64,000 bases of DNA from NCBI GenBank assembly GCA_963845755.1, contig CAWJTV010000009.1:96001-160000 (forward strand), read 5' to 3'. Shown in pieces: positions 54,064 to 64,000 of the stretch. Source of the stretch: an uncultured Planctomycetota bacterium. Lineage in GTDB: Bacteria; Planctomycetota; Planctomycetia; Isosphaerales; Isosphaeraceae. Each line of letters opens with the position of its first letter. Positions within the stretch are counted from its first letter, which is position 1. The position numbers and the translations under genes are program-made. The notes under the pieces are model-generated. The model saw only the letters and a program-made list of their open reading frames with translations, was not told the DNA's origin and did no database searches.

Positions 54064-55578
54064 GGATTCCTTCTTCGCCGCCCGGATGGTATCGAGGACG
54101 GTCAGGGTCACTGTGATCGCCTTCTGGATCCGCGCCAGCCTCCCGCCGTCGTCGCAGCGGACTTCCAGGCCGGCAAGGTCCTGGAGTAAAGCGACCAGCC
54201 GGTTCTTGTACTCCCGGCGCCCGTCGGCGTTCAGGAAGGGCTCCATGAGATACAATGCCGGCCCCGGAGCGGTGCCGAACAGGTCGGTCAGATGCAACTC
54301 GCCCGGCATGGCTCGGCCCGCCGCGGCGAATTGCGCGGATCCCAACGGCCGAAGTACGCGTCCTCGGCGCGGAGGAACACCTCTACCAGCCGCTTCTGTG
54401 TGGCGAGGTCCCGGGGCCGGTAGTCGAGCGCGATGACTTCGGACAGGGCATCCTCCACGGACCGGCGAGTGTCGGCCAGGATCCTGCCGCCGACGGCGAT
54501 GTTCGCTTCCACGCCAGGGTTGATCACCGGCCCCTGGTAGAACATGCAGCCCCGCGCCCCGTCGTCGTAATGTCGCCGGATCGCGGCGGAGGCCCGTTGC
54601 AGGTAGGGGAGGAAATAGGACAGGCGGTCCCAACGGCCGCAGTGGTAGACCCAGAGTCCGCCCGAGGTCCCGTAATCACAATGCAGTTTCCGGATGAAGG
54701 CCTTCCGCTGGTCCTCGGCGATGAAGGTACCGGTCCAGCCCTGGTCCATGAAGCAGTCAACGTGCCGGCTCAGCTCGATGATCTGGTCCTGCTCGGCCTG
54801 GTCGAAATGGGATCGACCCGAGCCGCCGAGCCAGTTGATAGGAATGCAGGTGACGATCTTACCCGGCCACTTGCGCTTGATGTAATCCGCAGCTCGTATG
54901 TTCAGACGAACATTATAGCCGACCGTGCCGTACTTCGCGCCGCAGTTCGGGCAATGGCACCAGCCGAGATCGGCCGACTCGAGATGCACGCCGCCGAAAT
55001 CGAAGCGGGACAAGGCGGTGTCGAGGATCTTCTCGACATAGCTCCAGGCTTTCTCCGTGGCACCGCACATCACGTGATCCAGCGGTTGGCCGGCCGGATT
55101 CCGGCCGCGCACCGCGGGGTCGGCGCGGATGATCTGGTCATACCCCCAACTGAATAACCCCATCCCGAACAGGAGCTTGATGCCACGCCGACCCGCCTCC
55201 TGGATCAGCCGTTTCACCCGGGCGTTGCGGTCCTTGTCGGCGAACGCGCCGACGATATCCGGCGGATAGCCGTAAGTGGCGAAGAGACCCCAGACATCCA
55301 GGAAATTGAAGCCGGCCCGGCTCTGGACATCCATCGCCGCGAGGACGCTGGACATGGTGACGTCATCGAGATGCGGCGCCGGCCATTGCTGGAGCGGCAG
55401 GGCGTCTCTCCGCATGTCGTTGATCCAGCAACCGAAGGCGATGCGGTACTTGTAGCCGTGGTCCGAAGGCGTATCCGCCCCGCAGACTTCGGAAGTCTGA
55501 CCGTGGTCCGGCGGCCAGCGCGGACCCGGCCAGCGAAGCCGTCCTCAAGAAACGCGCGACGATGCGACGCGAAGACAT
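54061..55578 (-). CDS. Exported hypothetical protein, possible glycoside-hydrolase-like TIM barrel; apparent frameshifts
   Basis: Tat-like RRAFL / RTASLAGSALAA; YKYRIAFGCWINDM; GIKLLFGMGLFSWG; GVHLESADLGWCHCPNC. Confidence 0.6.
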
Positions 55579-55748
55579 CTGACACGGACTTTGCCGCCTT
55601 CCCGAAAAGGAACGCCACGATTCCTCAGAACTGCTGGGGCTGCACCCCGGCGATCCGTCTCCATCGGTCCTCGATTCTACGCGGACGAGGTTGCTGATCC
55701 CAGGAGGTTGGAGACCTTCGGGCGCGGGGGGATTGTCGACGCCGGCGC

Positions 55749-58700
55749 TCAATCCGGATCGCCGGCCAGCACGAAGGCGGCCCAGTAGTACGGCGCGGCG
55801 TAGGGGCGGTCATCGTCATCGCCGGGGGGAACCGCGTCGGCGAGCTTGACCGGCTGACGGGCCTTGGTCCCCTTGCCGCGCTCGACGCCTCCCGAGAGTG
55901 CGGCGGCCACCGCCAGCACTTCTGACCGGCGCAGCCCGCGCAACCATACCTTGGCCTCGCGGAGTGCCTCGGCCTTGGACAGCGGGCCGGTGAGTCCGGG
56001 GCGGCGACCCAGCAGGTTGGCGTAGAACCGTTGCATCAAGAGCGCCGTCGCCGTGTCGTCCACCTTCCAGAGCGACAGGCAGACGCTCCGGGTTCCAGAC
56101 ATCAACAACGCCTGGGTGAACCCCACGAACCCCTCGCCGCCCTGATTGCGCCCAGGGCGGTCTCGCAGGCCGAGAGCGTGACCAGCTCGGCCTTCAGCTC
56201 CCAATCGTGCTGGATTTCGCGGACCAGGAGCCGGCCGTCGAAGACCGGCTTGTGACTGAGGGCTTGGTCGAGCGGGTCGGGCAGGCCGGTCTGGGTCAGG
56301 ATCACCGCCGAGTTGGTGGGGATGCCTTCGTCGATCACGCCGTGCGTCGCCAGGTGGATGAAGCCATATCGGCCCAGTTCACCCGATGTAGCCAGGCGGT
56401 TGAGCTCGGGCTCGCTCACGTCGCTTCCCAGCAGGATGTGGGTGGGCCGGTCGTCCGATTTGAAGAGTTGATCTAGCGCGGCGACCTCGTAGCGCGTGCC
56501 CGGCAACGGGGGGAAGTCCTCACCGCCGGATCGGGCCGCCACCAGCACCTGATGCAGCTTGCGCTGCTCGGCGATGGCCGCGGGTGCCGGCCGGGGGTCG
56601 ATCACCACGCCGAGCTTGCCGGCTGCCAACTCGCGCCGATCGATTCGGCCCTCACGCCAGACCTCGACCGGGACGGGCTGACCCGGCTCGGAAGCCGCCT
56701 TCAAGTCTTCAGGCTTATTCAAGGCCGTCCCATTGTAGCTCAGGAGCACATCGCCGGGATTGAGGCCGTGTGCGGCGGCGTTGGAGCCGGGCACGATGAC
56801 CTTGACCAGCAGGCCGTGGTCGGGCAGCGGCTGAGGCTGGTTCGATTGGGCGGGCGGCTCGAAGACCGGGTCGCCCACGGCCAGCAAACCCGCATGGCGG
56901 TCCGGACGGGGCTGTTCGCGCAGGTACTTGAAGACGGTGGCTGAGGGGGCGTAGCTGACGGTCCGGTTGTCGTCGTCGGCCAGGAGTGCCTCGATGGGAA
57001 TGCCCACCAGGTCGCGTGAGGGGAGGACGATCAGCCGCCGGGCTGGCGGCAGGCCCTCGGCCGAGGCACCAAGGGCCTTGGCCAATCGCTCAATGCGTTG
57101 GGTGCGCAATCGCTCGAGGAGTCGCTGGATGTCAGCCGAGCCGGCGCCGGGTCGGCGCCGCAGTTCCGAGCGGATCTGGCCTGCGAGCCCGGTGTCCTCG
57201 TTGGTCCACAGCCCATTCGCACCGGTCCCGGCGATCGGCACCCAGGATGGGATACCCCGCGAGCGGACCACCACGCCCCAGTGTTCGCCGTCGGGGTCGG
57301 CCGCGCTCGGGCCACTCGATGGGATATCAACCCAGGCGACCAACGCGGCATCGGCGGGCAGAGCGGCCTGGATTTCCGGGAGCGTGGCGATCCGGCCCGC
57401 CAGGGCGCCGTATTCCTGGTCGAGCTTGCTCTGAAACTCGCCCAGGGCGATGCTGGCCAGCTCGCGCTGACGCTTCAACTCCTCGAATCGCTTGGCCCGC
57501 TCGGCCTGGTCGAGATTCTTGGGTGTGGATTCCACCAGCTTGTCGAGCCGTTCCAGCTCAATCGTCAATTCGCGGAGTCGGGTGCGCTCACCGGGTGCCA
57601 GCCGCCGGTCGTGGCGTGCGTAAAGCTCGTCGAGCAGGCCGCGGCCCAGGTCCTCTTCCAGGTATTGCCACGCCTCGGCGGGCTGACCGAGCCGGGCCAG
57701 CACGGCGGCCAGGCCAGGGCGCGGTCCCCCCTCTCTCAGGCCTATGCGTTCCAGGCCGGTGAAGGCAACTGGGAGCCTGGCCGTGTCCAGACTTTTCACC
57801 GCACTCAGTAATCGGTCGCGCGCCTCGAGGTACTTCCCCTGGGCGTTGAGATTGAACGCCAGGCTGTGGTAGCTTCGTGAGGTATCGGGGTGATCGTCCG
57901 TGAGGAAGTGGCGACGGATCTCCAGCGCCTTCTCGTAGAGGGGCTGGGCCGCCGCGTATTTCCCCTGGGCCTGGAGATTGGCCGCCACGTTGTTGTAGCT
58001 TGAGGCGGTGTCGGGGTGGCCGTCGGTGAGGAGACGGCGGCGGATCTCCAGCGCCTTCTCGTAGAGCGGCTGGGCCGCCGCGTATTTCCCCTGGGCGTTG
58101 AGGTTGAACGCCACGTTGTTGTAGCTCGTGGCGGTTAGGGGTGGTCGTCGGTGAGAAGGTGGCGGCGGATCTTCAGTGCCTTCTCAGGAGCGGCTGGGCT
58201 GCCGCGATAGTTCCCCTGCGCGTTGAGATTGCCCGCCAGGTTGTTGTAGCTTTCGGCGGTGTCGGGATGGTCGTCGGTGAGGAGGCGGTGGCGGATCTCC
58301 AACGCCTTCTCGTAGAGGGGCTGGGCCGCCGCGTATTCCCCTGCGCGTTGAGATTGTACGCCACATTGTTGTAGCTGAGTGGCGGTGTTGGGATGGTCGT
58401 CGGTCAGCAGTCGGCGGCGGATCTCCAACGCCTTCTCGTAGAGGGGCTGGGCCGCCGCATATTTTCCCTGCGCGTTGAGGATGACCGCCAGGTTGTTGTA
58501 GCTCGTGGCGGTGTCAGGGTGGTCGTCGGTGAGAAGGTGGCGTAGGATCTCCAGCGCCTTCTCCAGGAGCGGCTGGGCTGCCGGATAGTTCCCCTGCGCG
58601 TTGAGATTGCCCGCCAGGTTGTTGTAGCTTTCGGCGGTGTCGGGATGGTCGTCGGTGAGGAGGCGGTGGCGGATCTCCAACGCCTTCTCGTAGAGGGGCT

Positions 58701-59373
58701 GGGCCGCCGCGTACTTCCCCTGCGCGTTGAGATTGTACGCCACATTGTTGTAGCTGAGGGCGGTGTCGGGATGGTCGTCGGTCAGCAGTCGGCGGCGGAT
58801 CTCCAACGCCTTCTCGTAGAGGGGCTGGGCCGCCGCGTATTTCCCCTGCGCGTTGAGGATGACCGCCACGTCGTTGTAGCTCGTGGCGGTGTAAGGGTGG
58901 TCGTCGGTGAGGAGGCGGCGTAGGATCTCGAGCGCCATCTCGAGGAGCGGCTGGGCCTGTGCGTACTTGCCTTGGGCATAGAGGCTTCGTCGCTTGCTCA
59001 TTCAAGGTTTCGGCTGATTGGTAAGCGACTCGATCCTCCTTCGACATCGGGGCAACCCGGCGTAAACCCTTGAGGAGCCACTCCGCACTCACCGTCTCGA
59101 AGTGTTTCGGCCCTTGGAGTCGTCGCCGCAAGGCAAGCAGTTCCTCGGCTCTGGTTATCGCGTCGTCCCAGCGGTCGGCCTGGATGCCACCTCGATGGCC
59201 TTGTCCAGCTCCTCCGCCTTCTTGGCGTCATCGCCGGTCAGCTTCCGCAACGCCGGCGCTGCGGCCTGGGTTTCTTTCGGTGACGTCGTCTGGGCGGTCG
59301 CGGGCCAGGCTGGGAATTCGACCGCGAGTCCGATCAGCAGACCCAAGTGGAACAGGGTGCGAAGCGATTTCAT
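55749..59373 (-). CDS. Secreted TPR-array + CHAT (caspase-like) protease with inserted PDZ domain; several apparent frameshifts
   Basis: Signal [28 protein letters not shown]; ~9 42-aa TPRs; IHLATHG and LVTLSACET dyad; [18 protein letters not shown]. Confidence 0.9.
57830..58980 (-). repeat. Intragenic 126-bp tandem repeat array (TPR units) with a 378-bp higher-order duplication
   Basis: Matching variant words 378 bp apart (58471/58849, 58231/58609). Confidence 0.9.
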
Positions 59374-59493
59374 GATGGGCCTCAATCGAAGTCGGACGGG
59401 CTCTCCAGCCGGACGCGGCAGAAGAGTCGTGCTCGAAAACTTGACAGATTGGAGGACGTCGGCTGGAAAGCCTGATCTACATGTGGGACCGAT

Positions 59494-61437
59494 TCACGGG
59501 CCAGCCGCCGGCTCGACCGGGAACGCTTCGAGGGTCACGGCATCGATGCCTGGCAAGCCGCGGAGCCAGATCGCCAGCTTCGCGGCCGGCTCCCCTGAGC
59601 CACGCGTCTTGGAGCCCTTGGCTCGCGTGCCGGCGGGGGCGTTGGCGAGCAGCGGCTGAGGGCCCAGGTCGTCGTTGTGCCACACGACTCCCGGCTCGCA
59701 CGCCAACCCTGCCGCCCACGGCATCGGACCGTGCATCCGCTTCCACTCGCGATACGACGGCAACGGCTTGTGCGACACGACCAGCGCGAAGGCGTACAGG
59801 CCGGCCCCCTCGCTCAGGCGGTACCTCTCGTCGCTCTTCTCGGGGGGCGGATACAGCGGCTGTTGTTTGCGGGGCGGTCGGCGTGTCCTCGTCGTCGGGG
59901 TCGCAGAGCTCGTCGGTGCCGTCGGGGCGGAAGGCGATCAGGAAGGCATAGGCGGGTTCGGAGAGCTCCGCACGCACGGTCACATCGTCGTCCTCGTGGG
60001 CCGCGAACGATTTCGGCCCAGGATCCCGACTCGTGTCCGGTCAAAGTGATTCGCGTCAAGCTTGGGGAAATGGGGGATCTCGAAGCGGGTCACCCGCAGA
60101 TCGGCCTGAGGGTCGGACCTCGGCCTGGACGCTGGTTCCATGACCGCTTGCCGTGCGATCGCACCCGGTCCTGTGAGGTTTTCTCCGATCGTGGCCAGAA
60201 CATCCAGGCCGACAGGAGCAGGATCAGGGATGGCGGTGGTCCCGAGCATCACCTCGGCTGCGGGATCAGCGGGGAACGCTGCAAGGGCGCGGCGCATCGC
60301 GTCGGCCGATGCGAACCGCGATCGCGGGTCGGCCTCCAGGGCCTTCAGACAGATCGCCTTCAGACTCGGGGGACGTCGGCGTTCTCCAGGACCGAGCGGT
60401 CGAGGTCGCAGCGGCGGGCCCGGTCCCACGACTCCTGATACGACTCGGCCTCGAACGGGCCCTTGCCGGTCAGGAGGAAATACAGCAAGCCTCCCAGGGC
60501 GAAGACGTCGGACAATGACCGGATCCGGTCGAGATCGACCCGCGCCTGCTCGGGGGCCATGTACGCGAAAGTACCACCTTCGGATCGCGTGGTGGCATCG
60601 GACCAGGCGTCCTGCTGCCAGGCCAGGCCGAAGTCGATCAGGCGCGGCCGGCCGGTCTCGTCGATCAGGACATTCGCCGGCTTGATGTCCTGGTGGACGA
60701 TCCCGCGTCCGTGGGCGAAGGCGACCGCGCCGGCGACTTCGGCGACCAGGGCCGCGGCCTGTCGTGGCGTGACCGACTGCTCGCGAGCGAACTGGGCCAG
60801 GGTCCGGCCCCGGACGTACTCCATCACCAGGTAGGGGCGGCCCTCGTGGAAATCGAGGTCGTGGATCCGGACGATGTTCGGATGCTCCAGCTCGGCGAGG
60901 CGCTGGCCTTCGGCCACGAGCTCGGAGCGGCCGTTCGCGTCGATCGGTTGGTTGGCCAGCTTCAAGACCAGGTCCCGGCGCAGCTCGGGATGCACGACAC
61001 GAAAGACCTGGGCCTGGCCTGATCGGGGAAATCCCCCGACGACCAGGTACTTGCCGATTGCCGCCGGTATGGGTGTTTCATCGGCGGTGCTCGGTCGGTT
61101 CGGCTCGAGGTCGGCGGGTCGCGGTTCCCCATCCGGCCAGGGCTCGGTCGCGGACGGCAGTGTCTGCGTCGGAGCCGAGCGGGGACTGGCCTTCGGTGGA
61201 GGGAGGCGAGCCGTCGCACGGAGCCGAGCTCGGCTCACGGTCGATCGTCACCGGACCCGACGAAGCTGGGCCCGGATCGATCGCGCGAATGGCCGACAGC
61301 TCGGACCGCAACTGGTCGAGCCGTCCTCGGCAATCGGGACAGTCGTGCAGGTGCGCCCGCCGTTGTTCGGAAACCGGCTCGCCGGAGAGGACCTCCAGCA
61401 GCTCATGTTCCACGGGGCAGCGAATCGATGGGCTCAT
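59494..61437 (-). CDS. Ser/Thr kinase with N-terminal anti-sigma zinc finger and C-terminal DUF4384-like domain; several apparent frameshifts
   Basis: AHLHDCPDC; VLK, HQDIKPANV, DFG, YMAPE, SDVFALG; VTVRAELSEPAYAFLIAFRPDG. Confidence 0.85.
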
Positions 61438-62062
61438 CCCCCAGCTCCTCGGCGAGTGCGGCACACTCCGTTCGGACGGCTTTCAGGACACGCGAGGCGT
61501 AGACGAAAACGACCTGGGTGGAGATCCCCAACTCGGCGGCGATGGCCGAGCCGGGCCGATTGCGGAGCAGACGCTGCTCGAAGCAGGCCCAGGCGGTCGA
61601 TGACGTGACCGACCGGACCCGCGGCAAGGCTCGTTCCAGGATTTGCCAACGATTGATCTCGTTCAATTCCCGCTCGACCTTGCAGCTCTCCGTCTCGCTG
61701 GCACGGTGGAACCGATTTACCCACTCCTCCTCGACCCGCCGGCGCGCCTTGACCCGCCGGGCCTCGTCGAGCAGGGCGGAATAGGTCAACGTCCAGAGAA
61801 AAGAGCGGAATCGGCCGCGTTTGAGGCCAAGCTCCAACGTCGGCAGCGACCGCAAGAGCCGGATGAACACCTCCTGGATCACGTCATTCGCGTTGTGCTC
61901 CTTGAGGCCCTGATTGCGGAGGTAACGCGCGAGCAAGGGCTGGTAGAAGTGGTAGAACTGGCTCCAGCACGCCTCATCCGTGCGATCGCGGACGCGCGCG
62001 ATCAGTGACGGATTGGTGTGGAATTCCGACTGGTCTGTGTCGGTTTTCTCGGTTTCCGACAT
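61403..62062 (-). CDS. ECF RNA polymerase sigma factor (planctomycete kinase-associated type)
   Basis: TNPSLIARV..WSQFYHFYQPLL; DVIQEVF; GRFRSFL; IAAELGIS..VFVYASRV; overlaps kinase start. Confidence 0.92.
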   Translation of the reverse strand: MSETEKTDTDQSEFHTNPSLIARVRDRTDEACWSQFYHFYQPLLARYLRNQGLKEHNANDVIQEVFIRLLRSLPTLELGLKRGRFRSFLWTLTYSALLDEARRVKARRRVEEEWVNRFHRASETESCKVERELNEINRWQILERALPRVRSVTSSTAWACFEQRLLRNRPGSAIAAELGISTQVVFVYASRVLKAVRTECAALAEELGDEPIDSLPRGT

Positions 62063-62453
62063 GTGAGGATGGACTCCAAACCGTCCAACCTGGGATTCGC
62101 GGCCTCCTACAACCGGATCGTTATCTTACCTCAGTTCACCGAAGAAAGCGTTCGAAAAACGGCGGATTCCAGGAATCCCACGACGATTCAGATCCGACGT
62201 TCAAGCTCATCCCATGCATTCATACGCTTCATGAGTGACCTTTGGCCTTTCCCCTCCTGATACGCAGGCAACCTGAGAACCTAACGTCGCATCTCGAGCC
62301 CGGAGGCTGGTGCCGTTCTGAGCCGGTCAACGGCCGTAGAAGGCCCCGGTCCACGTTGGCCCGCTCACATCAACTTCATCATCACGAAGATCCAAGAAAG
62401 ACGCTCGCAAGAGGGATCAGCGACCCAGGCGGCTGTTCAAGTGCAGGTCCCCA

Positions 62454-63524
62454 CTACCTCGGCTCCGTCCGATCGCTGGCAAAGAGGACGTACCGGCCAT
62501 CCGGCGAATAAGCGAGCGCCGTGATCTTGTGGTCGAACCCCTCGGGCTCCAGCCGTCTCGGCGGATCGGGGCGACCGCGCAGGACCGAGTAAAGCGCCAT
62601 GCCCCGGGATTCCTCCAGGCCGAAGACGCAACGGCGCGTGCTCGGCGAGTAGACCGGATAATGCAGTTTCACGTCTCGTCCATTTTCCTTCTTCCAGAGG
62701 ACTTCCTTGATCTTGCCGTGTGCCGGGTCGCCCACGTCGATCAGGGCGAGGGTGTCGCCCGCGCCGACGTCCTCCGAGCCGATGGCTGCGACGATGGTCT
62801 CGTCGCCGGCCCAGTTCGGTACTGTGTAAATCTGATGACCGGGGATCCGGAGGACGCGGCTCTTCTCCGGCCTGGCGTCCATGATCGTCACCTCGCGAAC
62901 CGCGGTAAAACTAATGATCATCAATTGGCGACCAAAGGGTGACCATTTGGGAAACCCGTATGACCCCAGCAGGCGACGTTCCAAACCGTCGGCCCGCATC
63001 ATCCACACACCCGATTCGGCGTTTGGCACGGCGCCGTCGTTGAGGAGGAACGAGATGCGATCATTCGTCGGAGAGAAGGTCGGGCAGTTGCCGGGTCCGA
63101 GGTCAGTCAGCACCAGGCGACCTTCGATCAACTCGAGCGCCTTGAGATGCGTCAGGTTGTAGTTGCTCCCCGGCGAGGCGTCGTAGAGGATCTTGCGGCC
63201 GTCGTGCGACCAGGCGGGCGAGCTGCATTGGGTGAATCCGGGATCCGGCTGATCGGCGATCAGAGTCACCTCGCCGTTCGTGACGTCAATCATGTACAGT
63301 CCGAACCGGTCGGCCGCGACCGTCGGCTTCGCGGGGTGTCGCCGGAGCTGCTCGACCAGGAGGCTGACGGCCTTCTCGGGAGTCGGCTCGCCAGCCTTGA
63401 GTTGTCGCCGTTCTGCCGCCTTGGGAGCTTGAGCCGAGTTCGGCTCCTGGGCCTGCATCGGTCTCGAGGCGGCCAGTACGATCGAGAGCCCCAGCAGGGC
63501 CTGGATTCTCGCATTCGTCTCCAT
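62454..63524 (-). CDS. Exported TolB-like beta-propeller (PD40 repeats)
   Basis: Signal peptide; PAWSHDG, PTFSPTND, PKWSPFG, AYSPDGRY; AAGGAGG RBS. Confidence 0.85.
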   Translation of the reverse strand: METNARIQALLGLSIVLAASRPMQAQEPNSAQAPKAAERRQLKAGEPTPEKAVSLLVEQLRRHPAKPTVAADRFGLYMIDVTNGEVTLIADQPDPGFTQCSSPAWSHDGRKILYDASPGSNYNLTHLKALELIEGRLVLTDLGPGNCPTFSPTNDRISFLLNDGAVPNAESGVWMMRADGLERRLLGSYGFPKWSPFGRQLMIISFTAVREVTIMDARPEKSRVLRIPGHQIYTVPNWAGDETIVAAIGSEDVGAGDTLALIDVGDPAHGKIKEVLWKKENGRDVKLHYPVYSPSTRRCVFGLEESRGMALYSVLRGRPDPPRRLEPEGFDHKITALAYSPDGRYVLFASDRTEPR

Positions 63525-63577
63525 GGTCAACCTCCTTCTTCGAGCTACCGGGCTCTTGCATTTCTTGCGACCCGATC

Positions 63578-64000
63578 CTACAAATCCCAGACCCGCCGTC
63601 CCTTGAGGAACATGGTGAGATAGCCGTCCTCGCTGACCTTGAGGACCGGCCCGTGTAGCGAGGCGGCCAGCGCGGCGAGGGTGCGGGCGCCCTGGACGGC
63701 GCGGCCTAATTCGAGGGTCTCCGGCGCGATGCGGAGGATCGCGCCGAAGCTGAGCAATCGCCCGTCCAGGTCGGTGACGACGGCTCCGTCCAGGCTGGCC
63801 ATCGCCTCCAGGATCGACGGTTCGATGTCGGCCAGAGTCAGGCCCCGCACCACATGATGGAGCGATCGCTTGGCGTGCTTGGGCGAGAGGTTGTCCGGGT
63901 CCTCGGGGTCGTCGGTCAGGACCTCCGCGTGGATCTGGTCGGGCGGGGACAAGAGTTGCGGCACCGATTGCTCGGGATCGCGCAGCACCACGAACAGGGC
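63578..64000 (-). CDS. DisA_N/diadenylate-cyclase-like domain protein (C-terminal part; runs off the window)
   Basis: ASLDGAVV..GRLLSFGAIL, QGARTLAA, VLKVSEDG. Confidence 0.75.
   Translation of the reverse strand, partial: ALFVVLRDPEQSVPQLLSPPDQIHAEVLTDDPEDPDNLSPKHAKRSLHHVVRGLTLADIEPSILEAMASLDGAVVTDLDGRLLSFGAILRIAPETLELGRAVQGARTLAALAASLHGPVLKVSEDGYLTMFLKGRRVWDL

Noticed and set aside
57830..58980. Regular repeats as a CRISPR array
   Set aside because: The 126-bp units are contiguous, in-frame TPR coding repeats with no unique spacers, and no cas genes are present

Overview
GC-rich accessory region from a planctomycete, probably Isosphaeraceae (inferred from DUF1559 pilin-like genes, LExRxLL export motifs, a DUF1800/DUF1501 pair and an ECF sigma-kinase pair). 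No rRNA, tRNA or CRISPR was seen. Many genes carry scattered single-base indels that look like uncorrected long-read errors, so several CDS calls join multiple ORFs. In order: TetR-RND efflux unit; a cell-surface cluster (three membrane-anchored Thr-type 'sulfatases', DUF1559, multiheme cytochrome, TPR-CRTAC1, two stand-alone TPR genes); a secreted paralog pair and DUF1800/DUF1501; a nest of small non-autonomous elements inserted into one another's hairpins; a redox island (three exported cupredoxins, three c-type cytochrome genes, an outer-membrane porin); a five-gene dedicated Hsp70 operon; a decayed hybrid histidine kinase; an ECF sigma / zinc-finger-kinase-DUF4384 / secreted TPR-PDZ-CHAT protease module; a TolB-like gene and a partial DAC-like gene. 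The best candidates for undescribed systems are the cupredoxin-cytochrome-porin island, the sigma-kinase-CHAT module and the Hsp70 operon.
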